Part shown: positions 1-10,399 of the stretch, piece by piece
How positions within the stretch are numbered: the first letter of the stretch is position 1
How the letters are laid out: each line of letters begins with the position of its first letter
From: Diplonema japonicum
Taxonomy: Eukaryota > Protista > Euglenozoa: Diplonemea
DNA: 64,000 bases
NCBI GenBank assembly: GCA_964019335.1
Contig: OZ025715.1
Coordinates: forward strand, 62,001 to 126,000
Direction of reading: 5' to 3'
Program-made: the position numbers and the translations under genes
The notes under the pieces: model-generated
Told to the model about the DNA's origin: nothing
The model's input: only the letters and a program-made list of their open reading frames with translations
Database searches by the model: none

Positions 1-397
1 AAAAAAAAGAAGAGCCCTCTACTTTTATTCTTGTTACCATTCTTCCTCTTTTTATTTCTCTCCTTTTTTTTTTTTCCCCTTGACACAACACATCTTCAAG
101 GATTTTTTTTTTATCTTCCCCCACCTTTTCCGAATGATGAGCCTACAACAAAGTCTTAAAAAAAAAAAATTGGGAAATTTTGGAAAAAAAAAGAAGAAAA
201 AAAGCGTTGAGGAGAAAAAAAAAAAAAAAACAAAACAAAAACAAAAAACCACCCTTTTTTTATCCCCACCACACTTCACAATTTTTCCCCCTCCCCCGCG
301 CCCTTTTTTTTTTATATTTTTTTTCTCTTTTTTTCAGTTTTCCCATTTTGGAAAAGAAAAAAAAAAAAAACGCAGAAAAAAAAAAAAGAAAAAAAAA

Positions 398-1343
398 ATG
401 CTTGAAGCCATACAGACACATGATTACAGGAAGATCGCGAGAGTGATGGAAGACAAGGTGGTGAAGCAGGAATGGGTCGACGAAGCAGTGGCGACAGGAA
501 ACGCAATGGCCTTGACTCTGTTGAAGAAGCACGGTGCGGTAGTGGGCGAGGACGCCGTCGAAAAAATGGTGAAGCTGGGACACGTCGGTGTCTGCGTGCT
601 GCTGGACAGCGATAACACCAACACCAAGGGGAAAGCCCTGGTAGCGATGGCCGCAGCCTCTGGCCACAACGACCTTGCAGAGGTTCTATTGGAAAGATCT
701 TTCGACCCGAACGAGAAGGACGCCTCCGGCAACACCGCTCTGCACTATGCAGCAAAGAGCGAATCCTCCGACTTAGTAAAGAGCCTCATTCTCTTCAAAG
801 CGAAAAACGATCTGAAAAATAAAGACGGGAAGGTACCCGCTGATCTCATCCCTGCAACAAACAAGCAGCTCATCAAGGAAGTCAACAAGACCCCCGTCAC
901 AGGCGAGAAGGCTGCCGCCATGGCTGCACGTTTCAAGGCGCAGGGCAACAAGGTCTTCGCAGAAGGCGAGTTCTGCAAGGCGGCCAAGTTCTACACAGCC
1001 TCCATTTCTCACGATGCCGGCAACCACGTCCTCTACTCTAATAGATCCGCGTGCTTCTTCAACCAGAAGAAGTACACCCGAGGTCTTGCTGATGCTGCGC
1101 AGTGTGTGGCCCTGAACCCCTCGTGGGCCAAGGGGTACTTCCGAAAGGGGTCGTGCTTAGTCCAGCTTGAGCTTCCTGAAGCGGCGATGGAGGTGTGGAT
1201 TTGGGAGGGTAAAAGGGGGGGAAATCTTTTTTAAAAATAAAATAAAATAGACATATGAGGCTGGTCTGAAAATCGACAAGAAGAACAACGACCTTGTGAA
1301 AGCCAGAGACCAGCTGCTTAAGGACATGAAAAACAGGAAGTAG
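398..1343 (+). CDS. Ankyrin-repeat + TPR protein (2 exons; intron 1193-1250)
   Basis: Ankyrin motif GNTALHYAA and STI1-like TPR (KAQGNKVF...YSNRSACF...WAKGYFRKG). Removing the GT..AG intron 1193-1250 gives AAME|TYEAGLKIDKKNNDL and completes the TPR. Stop TAG 1341-1343. Confidence 0.9.
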
Positions 1344-1764
1344 GAAGAGAATGAGAGAGAGAGAGAAAAAAAAAAAAAAAGAAGAAGAAGAAGAAGAATG
1401 GGGGGAAAAGGGAGAGTGCTCGTAGATTTTGACGTTACCCCCCTCCTTACCCCCTTCGTTTTTTGTTTTTTGTTTTAGATTAGTGTGTCACATTCCCCCA
1501 TCTTTTTTTACCCCCCCCTTTTTTTCTTTTAACCCAACCCAGTTTTTTTTTCGTTTCTCATTTTACCCTGTCCTTACGCTTCACAACCCCCTCTTTTTTT
1601 TTTCTTTCTTTCTTTTCTCGATGACATCACATCTTTTTTATTCCCTTTTTTTTTTTTTTTTGCCCCATCCTTCCCCTTCCATGTTATCCTTTCTTATAGG
1701 TTGGCCGAGCTTCTTTCTAGAGGGAAAAAAAAAAGAGAGAGAAAAAAAAAAAAAAAAAAAAAGA

Positions 1765-3048
1765 ATGCCATCAAATAAAGTCCTACTAACGGCCTTGCTC
1801 GGCTTCACAGTGGTAATGATGTTGAGGGTTATAGGGACCGGGCGGGGGGGAGAAAAGGGGTTACACTACACAGTTGGGATCTGTGCCTCTGTGAAGGACG
1901 ACGATAAGTGGTTGGAGGAGTGGATCGATTTCCACGAAAAAGTTGGCGTGGAACAAATATTTCTCATAGACGACGGGAGCACCGACAACACCGCCAGCAT
2001 AATACAAAAATACCAGAAACAAGGCATCGTAACCAAAATACCTGGCGAAGTCCCTCAAGGCGACTCAAGATGTATACTCCCAGACGCACGAGACAGCGCT
2101 TACATAGCAAAGTGCTACGACCACGCAGCTCCGCTCTTGGATTGGATGATCATTATAGACACCGACGAATATTTATTCCCCCGTCAAGGGTGTTCTGTTA
2201 AGACATACATTACACAAACTTGCAACACACTAGTGTCACATATACCTTTACATTGGGAGATGTTCGGGTCGTCAGGTCACCTTCTCCACCCGGAAGGCGG
2301 ACTTCGCGAGAATTTTCTCACTTCGGGCGGGGACTGTTCTGCCTATGTTGATCAATGGGGCTCGAGCTGTGCAGCGTTCGGGGGGAACTGCAAGGAGTGC
2401 CGGCACACAAAGTACATCGCAAACACAAAACGGTGTTTGAAATCTGCTGTGCACTGCCACAACCATTTTCCTGAAAGACTACGGTTGGCAGACAACAAAT
2501 GCGACATCACACCCGACCCCATAGCTTCGTGTAAAAAATGGTGGGAACACGGAAGCCACCACAAGAAACCAGTATTTGAAGAATCCTGTTGCGGTGCTGG
2601 CCTGGGGTTGAACCACTACTCCCCGAAGTCCGAAGAAGCCAGGCGGTGGAGGAGCAAGCGGAAAATGCGCAATGGGCTTGGCAACGACAGGGATGCGACG
2701 CCTGGTATGGACAAGCGGGACCTCAACTATGTGCTGTCAACGGATATCCTCCGCTTCACTACAAACGAGACTTGTTTTACAGAGCGGGGGTGGGCGTACA
2801 CTCCCCGCCCAGGCCACGCCCCCAACCTCACATCCACTGAGTTCATCTATCCCGCCCTCGCATCCTGCACCTCTCATTGCCTCACGGCAACGAACTGTCA
2901 CGCCTTTACCTACCGCCCGTCTTATTCTTCCTGTAACATTTTTGGATACACCGCTGCTGCTTGGCCCCCTTCCTCCATACCCTTGATCAGAGAGAGGCGC
3001 GACGGGTACATATCGGGGGTTCCAATACGGGGGCAGCTTTGTCGATGA
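1765..3048 (+). CDS. Type II membrane glycosyltransferase (GT2/GT92-like) with C-terminal PAN/apple-like domain
   Basis: N-terminal TM anchor; LEEWIDFH..GVEQIFLIDDGSTD and WMIIIDTDEY (DxD) motifs; LNHY near the end of the domain; CxxxC...CxAFTY...C PAN-like tail. Confidence 0.8.
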   Translation: MPSNKVLLTALLGFTVVMMLRVIGTGRGGEKGLHYTVGICASVKDDDKWLEEWIDFHEKVGVEQIFLIDDGSTDNTASIIQKYQKQGIVTKIPGEVPQGDSRCILPDARDSAYIAKCYDHAAPLLDWMIIIDTDEYLFPRQGCSVKTYITQTCNTLVSHIPLHWEMFGSSGHLLHPEGGLRENFLTSGGDCSAYVDQWGSSCAAFGGNCKECRHTKYIANTKRCLKSAVHCHNHFPERLRLADNKCDITPDPIASCKKWWEHGSHHKKPVFEESCCGAGLGLNHYSPKSEEARRWRSKRKMRNGLGNDRDATPGMDKRDLNYVLSTDILRFTTNETCFTERGWAYTPRPGHAPNLTSTEFIYPALASCTSHCLTATNCHAFTYRPSYSSCNIFGYTAAAWPPSSIPLIRERRDGYISGVPIRGQLCR

Positions 3049-3125
3049 TTTTTTTTTTTTTGTGTGTGTTTTTTTTTGGTTTTGTTTTTGCTTTCTTTTT
3101 AAGCCGCATCAGGGGAGGGACCACC

Positions 3126-3300
3126 ATGCCTGAGCCGGAAGACGTGCAGAAGGATGACATCGCGATCGACGTGAGGCGGTCCCCGAGGACCGTGCCGGAG
3201 TCGCCTAAGCATGAGCAGCAGCCGCCGAGGCCGAAGCTGTGGGGGATCGACGTTAAGTACTGGGTGCTGCCGCTGCTGTCGTTTCAGGTTTTTTAGAGGG

Positions 3301-3342
<42 letters not shown>

Positions 3343-4408
3343 ACACCAACAGAATGCTGGGGCGGTGCTTCTGATGCGCGGGACGCGTTCGATCGAAGGG
3401 CAAAACGAGTTCAGCTCCCAAGCGGCGGTTATCATGCAGGAGCTGATCAAGGGGCTGGCGTGCTGCCTCATCCTTCTGACCACAGAAGGCACAGTCGCCT
3501 CAGCGTGGGAGGTCCCGCATGAAGCACTGAAGACGGTATTAACCAAAAAAAAAAAAAAAAAAAAAAAAACCACAGGCGGTGCCTGCGATGTTGTACCTTG
3601 TACAGAACAACTTCCAATACATAGCAGTAGGGGTCTTGGATGTGGTCACGTACACGATCAGCGGGCAGACGAAGATTTTATGGACAGGGCTGCTCACCGC
3701 GACACTGTTGGGGAGGCAACTGCAGTGTAATAAATGGTCCGCACTGCTGTTGCTCTCGGGCGGGGTGTCGATGGTGAACCTGGGCGGGGTCGGGAAATCG
3801 GAGGCACAGGCAGCTGAGATAACAAGCGTCCAAAGACTCGGCGGGTTGTTCTTCATTCTCACTGCCGCAGCATGCTCGTCTCTGGCCGGGGTATATTTCG
3901 AGAAAATCTTAAAGGGTTGCAAGGTACACAAAAAAAAAAATATATATATATATAATAATAATAATAATAATAACAAAGGTTTCCCTGTGGACGCGGAACC
4001 TTCAGCTTGCGTTTTACTCTGTAATCACCGGGTTGATCGGGTTGTACTTTTCGACGAAGGACAGAAATATAGTTTCGACCCTTGGTTTCTTCCATGGGTT
4101 CACTTACCTTACGTGGATCTGTGTTTTTATGAACGCGTTCGGCGGGCTGCTGGTCGGCACTGTTATTAAATATGCCGATGCTGTGCTGAAAGATGTGTCC
4201 ATTGGTGCATCTATTTGCATCTCGGCTCTGGGATCGGTATGAGGAGGGGAAAAAAAAAATCAATACAATAAAGGTGTTCCTCTATGGGTACTCACTCACG
4301 CCCCTTGTGGTCTTCGGTGCTGGGCTGGTGAGCTATTCGATCTTTGTCTACAGCGGTAACCTTGCAAACCCTATTAGTTGTGGGGCCAAGGATACTGACA
4401 GTAAGTAA
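3126..4408 (+). CDS. SLC35A-type nucleotide-sugar transporter (5 exons; introns 3288-3352, 3536-3575, 3924-3978, 4237-4273)
   Basis: Spliced product reads ...LSFQ|NAGAVLLMR...EALKT|AVPAMLYLVQNN...AGVYFEKILKGCK|VSLWTRNLQL...GGLLVGTVIKYADAVLK, which are the family motifs. All four introns are GT-AG and restore the frame. Confidence 0.9.
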
Positions 4409-5346
4409 GAAAGGTCCCGTCCTTCCCCCTCCCCAGTGTTTCTTTTCCGTTTTTTTTTTTTCATTTTTTTTTTCATTTCTTGAATTCCCCTCTTGCTAGA
4501 AAAGGGGCAAAATAGTCGAGGAGAAAACAAAAAATATTTATTTGGTAAAAAAAAAAGGGAGGGGGGAAGCCTTTTTTTTTTTGTTTGTTCACGTATTTTA
4601 TTTACATGACTCGATTCGTTTGTAGTCTCCGTATTTTCTTTTTTTTTTGAACTTTCGACCTCCCCCCCCCCCCCGCTTTTTTCCCTTTCTTTCGTGCAGT
4701 GAATACCTGACCCTGGGGAAAGAAACAAGAAAAAAAGTAAAAATGTATAGGTACCCTTCACAACGGTGCTGCAGAAACAGATGGGAAAAAAAGGGAAAAA
4801 AAGAGACATTTAAGGGTACCTGCGGTATGTGGCAGGACGTCTGGAAAAAAAAAAAATGCCTATCATAGCTCGTTTTGATAAACAAGATGACATTATTTAC
4901 AAAATCCGCTGTTCAGCTTTTCGATCCCCCCCCCCTTTTTTTTACCACCGCTGCGTTGGGTCTTCTCCCCACAGCGACTTTTTTGTTAAAAGAAAAAAGA
5001 AATTGTTCGACAACAGACAAAGCAGACACCCGCAAAAGCACCCCAGAGCGGGGACTGAGTGGATGACACCGGAGGACTAGTTGGGAGTGCGAAAGCGCGA
5101 ACATCAAAATGTCTGGTTTTATTCCTTGTTACCCCCCCCCCCCCCCCCCTTCCCCCTCAGTTCATCTGCGTCCACCGCTTCATGCGGGAAGTGTGCCTCA
5201 CTCCCCTCTGGGTTGGGAGGGGAGACGGAGTAAGAAAAGAAGGGGAACAAAAAAGAAGCAAAGCAATCGCAAGATCGGGATATCTTCTGCTGTAGTCTTC
5301 TTATACTTTGAGCCACTTGCACTTTTCAACAACAAAAAGGTTACAC

Positions 5347-8300
5347 ATGGCGAGAACACTTGCACTTCTCAGTGCACTCAATGTTGCAACCGCAGTCACT
5401 GTCGAGTGGAGCAGGGACTCTCAGAGAGGCTCCCCGATGCAGCTGTCCGGGACGGTTGAGGCGCTGCAAGTGTACATATTCGTACCCGATGACGGGGACA
5501 TCAAGACAGTGGAGTTCTTCTTGGACAAGACTGTGGCGGGGAACACAGCCACGCACAAGGAAGGGAAGGCACCTTACGACCTTGCGGGAACATCAGGTAC
5601 GACCAGTCTGCCGCTGAACACTGTGAACCTTCCTGCTGGGGCACACTTTGTGGAGGTGCTCGTGACGAGAAAGAACGGGGCAACGGAGGAGGCACGCGGA
5701 GACTTCACGATACCTGCTATCTCGAACGGGGCGGCGCTGCTGGACGTGAGCGCGACTTCTGACAGGATGGGCGGTGTGCCGTTGGACGGGCGGACGATCC
5801 CGCACACGGAGGAGATGTACATCTTCATCGACGGATCCTCAATGGGCGACAGGGCGGTGCAGTTCTTCATGGACCGCTCGAGTGGCGTCCCCGACAGGAC
5901 AGACACCGTGACCCCCTTCGACTATGTTGGCGAGGAAACCGACGGCACAGCAGTGAAGCTCAACAAGAACGCCCTGGGGGCAGGCCTTCACACGCTCACC
6001 GCCTACGTGGAGGGGAACGGCAACCAGATTCAGAAGGTGTCGGCGATCTTCACCATTGTTGCCTCGCCCAACCTTCCAAAGTTGGAGTTCTCCCCCAACC
6101 CGGACAGGTCGGCGTCCGCACCACTGGAGGGGGCCACCCTGACCGAGGCTACGCACATCTTCATCGCCAACGACAACGGGGTGACGCAGGTGAAGTTCTA
6201 CCTGAACACGCCTTCTTCGGGGACGGCGTTCCACATTGAGGGAGGGAAACCCTTCGACTTCGGGGGGACTGTCAGCTTTTCGGTGGACCCCACAAAGCCC
6301 GCCATCGAGTGGGACCTTGCGGAGGCAGCTGAAGGAGCGAACACCGTCATTGCTGTGGTGACAGTGTCGGGCACCGATATCGAGATCCAGGCCAGCTTCA
6401 CGGTCAACAAGCCTTCCTCAGGAAAGGACTGCAACACAGCAGTGTGTGCTGACATCAAGGTGACACTGCCACGCACGCTCTCCTTCGACTCGGACGTCGG
6501 GCACATCAAAGACTCGAATGACCTGGGCACAGGGTTCACCTACGTGCTCCCACACACACCTGGTCTTGGCAACCCTTACAAACCGGCATTGCTCACAATG
6601 GACACCTCTGCGGCTGAACTCAGAGTGGGGACCACGAATGGTATCGAACACAGTACTGAGAACGATGCCGACAACTTGCTGTGCTGCGGTGTACCTGCTG
6701 CCGATGGGAAGGTCATCACTTCGGTTTGGGTTGACAAACCCGGCACGATGAGCCACGCGGGGAAGTTCGAGATGGCTGGTGTGTTCTTCGGGAATGACCA
6801 GGACAACACGGCCAAGCTTGTGTGGGTGAGCTACAAGAGTGGTGGTGCTGTGACGGCGGGCATCATGTTCAACGTCGAGATCGACGGCAGCTACATCTTC
6901 AACCACAGGGTTCCCGTCACGAGTGCTGCGGGTCAGTCCTTCCACCTGCGGCTTGAGGCCGACCCCGCGACGAAGACGATCTTAGGGGAGTACTCTCTTG
7001 ATGGCATGTCGTACATCACAGTGGGCTCCACCGTCGCCCCCGACAAGCTCTTCAGTCTCGGCACGGCAGTTGTAAACCCTGCCATCGGCACAGCCACCTT
7101 CGCAGGCATCACCACAACACACAGGAAGAACACCAGTCCATTGGTATTTATTCTGAGGGAGTTTAAGTTGGACTCTGGTGCACCTACTTTAGAGCTCACG
7201 CCCTCTCTCGTGTCCGAGTACGTGGCTAGCGGGGGCTCGAAGACCGTCACGGTGCAAATCGCTTACATCGACCCCTTGACAGACGTGGAAGTCTCGAACG
7301 TACCTGTCTGGGCCACGATCCTGCCGTTGTCGAATATCGCAACACCTGGCTCGTTCGACGTGACTCTCGACACGGCACAGGTGCCTGCTGGGACGACAGT
7401 GACAGCGACCGTGACCCTCAGCAGCGCGTCGACTGGGCTCTCTGTAGGCCTCCCCCTCTCTCTGGAGTCAGTCGATGCCTCTGCGCTGCAACTCACGATC
7501 GACCCTGTTCGGCTGGACATGATCGGGAAGCCGGACTCCGGGAGCACCGGTTCCGTGATCACGATCACGACGCATCCCCTGGTCCCCACCGTCACTTACT
7601 CTTTGAGCTGCGACGAGCCTTGGCTGAGCTGGCTCATCCCCGGACCCGCTCCTGGGGAGGTGACGGTGCTCGCAGACACGAACGGGCTGGCGGAGGGGAG
7701 CCACTCCGCAACGTGTGTGATGAGTGCCCCGAACTACGTTGACATTACGATCCCTGTGAAGCTGGTACTGGGGAACAGCAACTGCCTGCCCATGGTGTGC
7801 TCGGAGATCAGAGTCCCCGTCCCGCACAACATCACCTTCACGCAGGACAACGGTGGGTCGCTGCTGGACAAGAACGGTGTGGGGACCGGGTTCACGTACG
7901 TGTTCCCGCACTCTCCTGGGGCCGGGACATCGCTTGATGCCTACATAAAGGACAACCTGGAGGTGGACACGGCGAACGGGGAGCTGCTCGTGACGACAAC
8001 GAAGGGGATCGAGTACAAGACTGAGAACAACGCTGACAACTTACTGTCGTTCGGGTTCGCGGCACCGAACCAGATGACCTACATTTCAACATGGCTGATG
8101 AGGCCGTACACGGCGAACACGAATGGGAAGTTCGAGCAGGCGGGTGTCTTCTTCGGGCACGACCAGGACAACGTGGCGAAGGTGGTGTGGGTCTCGTACA
8201 TGCAAGGGTCGAAGAAGATATACGCCATCATGTTCCTGGTTGAGGTGGAAGGGGTCGTTGTGAAGAACGTGAAAATCAACGTGCTGAACGGACCTGAGCT

Positions 8301-9774
8301 GTCATACGAACTGCGCATCTTGGTGGACCCTTACAACCGGAAGATCTACGGAGATTACTCTCTGAACGGGGTGCTGTTCTACCCTCTGGGTGTGGTGTCG
8401 TCCATCCCTAGTGAGTTCTTCAGCTTCGACGCTGCTGGGATCGACCCTATCATCGGAACACGGAGCTTCGGTGGGATCGCCGCCTCTCAGAGGCACGGGA
8501 CGATCGCCTGCAAGTTCCGCTTCAAGGATTTCTACCTGAAGGTTGGGGAGCGGCCTCTTCCGGATCTGGAGTTTGACTTCACGCGGAAGTCGTTCGGAGT
8601 GGAGTACCCGACGAACATGGCCTTCGGGCCTGACGGGAAGCTCTACGTGACGTCCCTCTTCGGGCAGATCACTGTCCTCACCTACGACTCCAACCTCAAC
8701 GTTGTGGACAGTGCAACCTACACGACGCTGCCGGATGAGCTGGGGCCACGCCTCACGCTCGGGATAGCCATCGACCCGCACTCGACGGTCGGGGACGTCA
8801 TTCTATGGGTGGCTCACTCCAGCCCCGAGCTCCGTGCAGGCGGGTTGAACTCTGGGATGGTGTCAAAGCTGAGCGGGTCCGAGAACGGGTTCCCAACGAT
8901 GACGCACCCCTTGACAGGCCTCCCCAGGGCAGAGGCCAACCACGGGCCCAACAGCTTGCACTTCAAGGATGGGAAACTGTACTTGGTGATCGGGGGGAAC
9001 AGCGGCGCGGGGGGAGCGGTCACGGTTCCAACAGAGTTCGGGAAGCGTGAGGAGCAGTTCCTGGCGGCGGCGATTGTGGTGGCGGATGTGTTCGCCCCGG
9101 GCTTCAACGGGCAGTGCTACGCGAATGGTGAGGACCCGTGGGGGAAAATAACAGGGTGCGACGTCACGAACTGGGCGACAGGGCTGAGGAACAGCTATGA
9201 CTTCGTGTTCCATACGAACGGACAGGTGTACGCCACGGACAATGGGCTGGGGTCGTTCCACTCGGGAGCGTACCCTGTGAGGCCGACACCGCCATGCTTC
9301 GGGTTCGCAAGCCATGCGCCGTACTACGACGGCGGGCAGAACCCCTTGGAGCAGACGGACCTGCTGTACAATGTGAAGCCAGGGAGGTACTACGGGCACG
9401 GGAACCCTGCGAGGGACGAGTGTGTGTTCAAGGACGGGTCGTACCAGGGTGTCCCTCCCGACCCGAGGTTCGACCCCCCCATCGGAGACTTGGGGATGCA
9501 CGCCTCTGCGAACGGGATCATTGAGTACACAGGCAACGGGGGCTGTGGGAACCTGGCTGGCGACCTCCTCGTTCTTAGGTACTCCTCTGGAGACGACATC
9601 CTCCGTGTGGAGCTGTCCCCCGATGGGCTGCACGCTGTAAAGATCACCACCATCGCCATCAACTTCAACGACCCCTTGTCCATCAGGCAGAACACCAACG
9701 GCGACATCTTCGTGGCGGAGCATGGCGGGAAGAAGGTCACAGCCATGCGGTTCAAGGATAATTGCACACCATAG
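5347..9774 (+). CDS. Large secreted multidomain protein: 3 Ig-like repeats, 2 lectin/ConA-like domains, BACON-like domains, C-terminal glucose/sorbosone-dehydrogenase-type beta-propeller
   Basis: Signal-like N-terminus; internal repeats (VEFFLD/VQFFMD/VKFYLN...PYDL/PFDY/PFDF; two C...GTGFTYV.PH.PG domains); PTNMAFGPDGKLYV, GLRNSYDF and YATDNG propeller motifs. Intronless and GC-rich. Confidence 0.75.
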   Translation: MARTLALLSALNVATAVTVEWSRDSQRGSPMQLSGTVEALQVYIFVPDDGDIKTVEFFLDKTVAGNTATHKEGKAPYDLAGTSGTTSLPLNTVNLPAGAHFVEVLVTRKNGATEEARGDFTIPAISNGAALLDVSATSDRMGGVPLDGRTIPHTEEMYIFIDGSSMGDRAVQFFMDRSSGVPDRTDTVTPFDYVGEETDGTAVKLNKNALGAGLHTLTAYVEGNGNQIQKVSAIFTIVASPNLPKLEFSPNPDRSASAPLEGATLTEATHIFIANDNGVTQVKFYLNTPSSGTAFHIEGGKPFDFGGTVSFSVDPTKPAIEWDLAEAAEGANTVIAVVTVSGTDIEIQASFTVNKPSSGKDCNTAVCADIKVTLPRTLSFDSDVGHIKDSNDLGTGFTYVLPHTPGLGNPYKPALLTMDTSAAELRVGTTNGIEHSTENDADNLLCCGVPAADGKVITSVWVDKPGTMSHAGKFEMAGVFFGNDQDNTAKLVWVSYKSGGAVTAGIMFNVEIDGSYIFNHRVPVTSAAGQSFHLRLEADPATKTILGEYSLDGMSYITVGSTVAPDKLFSLGTAVVNPAIGTATFAGITTTHRKNTSPLVFILREFKLDSGAPTLELTPSLVSEYVASGGSKTVTVQIAYIDPLTDVEVSNVPVWATILPLSNIATPGSFDVTLDTAQVPAGTTVTATVTLSSASTGLSVGLPLSLESVDASALQLTIDPVRLDMIGKPDSGSTGSVITITTHPLVPTVTYSLSCDEPWLSWLIPGPAPGEVTVLADTNGLAEGSHSATCVMSAPNYVDITIPVKLVLGNSNCLPMVCSEIRVPVPHNITFTQDNGGSLLDKNGVGTGFTYVFPHSPGAGTSLDAYIKDNLEVDTANGELLVTTTKGIEYKTENNADNLLSFGFAAPNQMTYISTWLMRPYTANTNGKFEQAGVFFGHDQDNVAKVVWVSYMQGSKKIYAIMFLVEVEGVVVKNVKINVLNGPELSYELRILVDPYNRKIYGDYSLNGVLFYPLGVVSSIPSEFFSFDAAGIDPIIGTRSFGGIAASQRHGTIACKFRFKDFYLKVGERPLPDLEFDFTRKSFGVEYPTNMAFGPDGKLYVTSLFGQITVLTYDSNLNVVDSATYTTLPDELGPRLTLGIAIDPHSTVGDVILWVAHSSPELRAGGLNSGMVSKLSGSENGFPTMTHPLTGLPRAEANHGPNSLHFKDGKLYLVIGGNSGAGGAVTVPTEFGKREEQFLAAAIVVADVFAPGFNGQCYANGEDPWGKITGCDVTNWATGLRNSYDFVFHTNGQVYATDNGLGSFHSGAYPVRPTPPCFGFASHAPYYDGGQNPLEQTDLLYNVKPGRYYGHGNPARDECVFKDGSYQGVPPDPRFDPPIGDLGMHASANGIIEYTGNGGCGNLAGDLLVLRYSSGDDILRVELSPDGLHAVKITTIAINFNDPLSIRQNTNGDIFVAEHGGKKVTAMRFKDNCTP

Positions 9775-10399
9775 ACGCCAACCTTTTCTCTCTCCATGTA
9801 AATGAGTCAGTTCCCCGCTATGTGTCATACCAACTTGTGCTCCAAGAATGAATAATACCTGGGATTGCTCCCTTTGACCGCACAGTAGCAAAAGGTACTG
9901 TTGGAAGAAAAATGGCGCTTTTGACACAGAATTCAAGAACAAATATGAAAAGTAGCCCACTAGGTAGCCCACTAGTTTGGTTTCGTATTATTTTTTCGAA
10001 TGCATGTTCCACACTAAACCAGAACTGACTGAAACTATTTAAAACCTCTCATACTCTGCCTCTCTTTTATGAACACAATCAATACGGCGCTTGTCTACGT
10101 TCTTTCTCTCTCGTCCTCTTCTCCCCCCCCCCCCCCCCCCCTAAACTGTTCTACGGAAAAAAATAAAAAAACACAAATAAAAAACTAAGAAAAACACTAT
10201 ATAAATATATTCGCAAAAAGGAAAACTCTACACGTGGGAGAAGAAGGGGGGGGGGGGGGGAAGGACAGTACCAAATAAGCAGGATTTCTACCCTGTTACC
10301 CTCCAACTCCCCCCCCCCCCTTGTTTTTCCCCTCGAACCTCCCCTCCTTATGTCTTGTGAACCATACGCCACTTCCAAGGCACCACAGGCTCCCCCTGC

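Noticed and set aside
8863-9972. Long minus-strand ORFs overlapping large genes (also 12742-14385 and 24725-25582)
   Set aside because: Antisense shadows of GC-rich coding sequence with no domain features.
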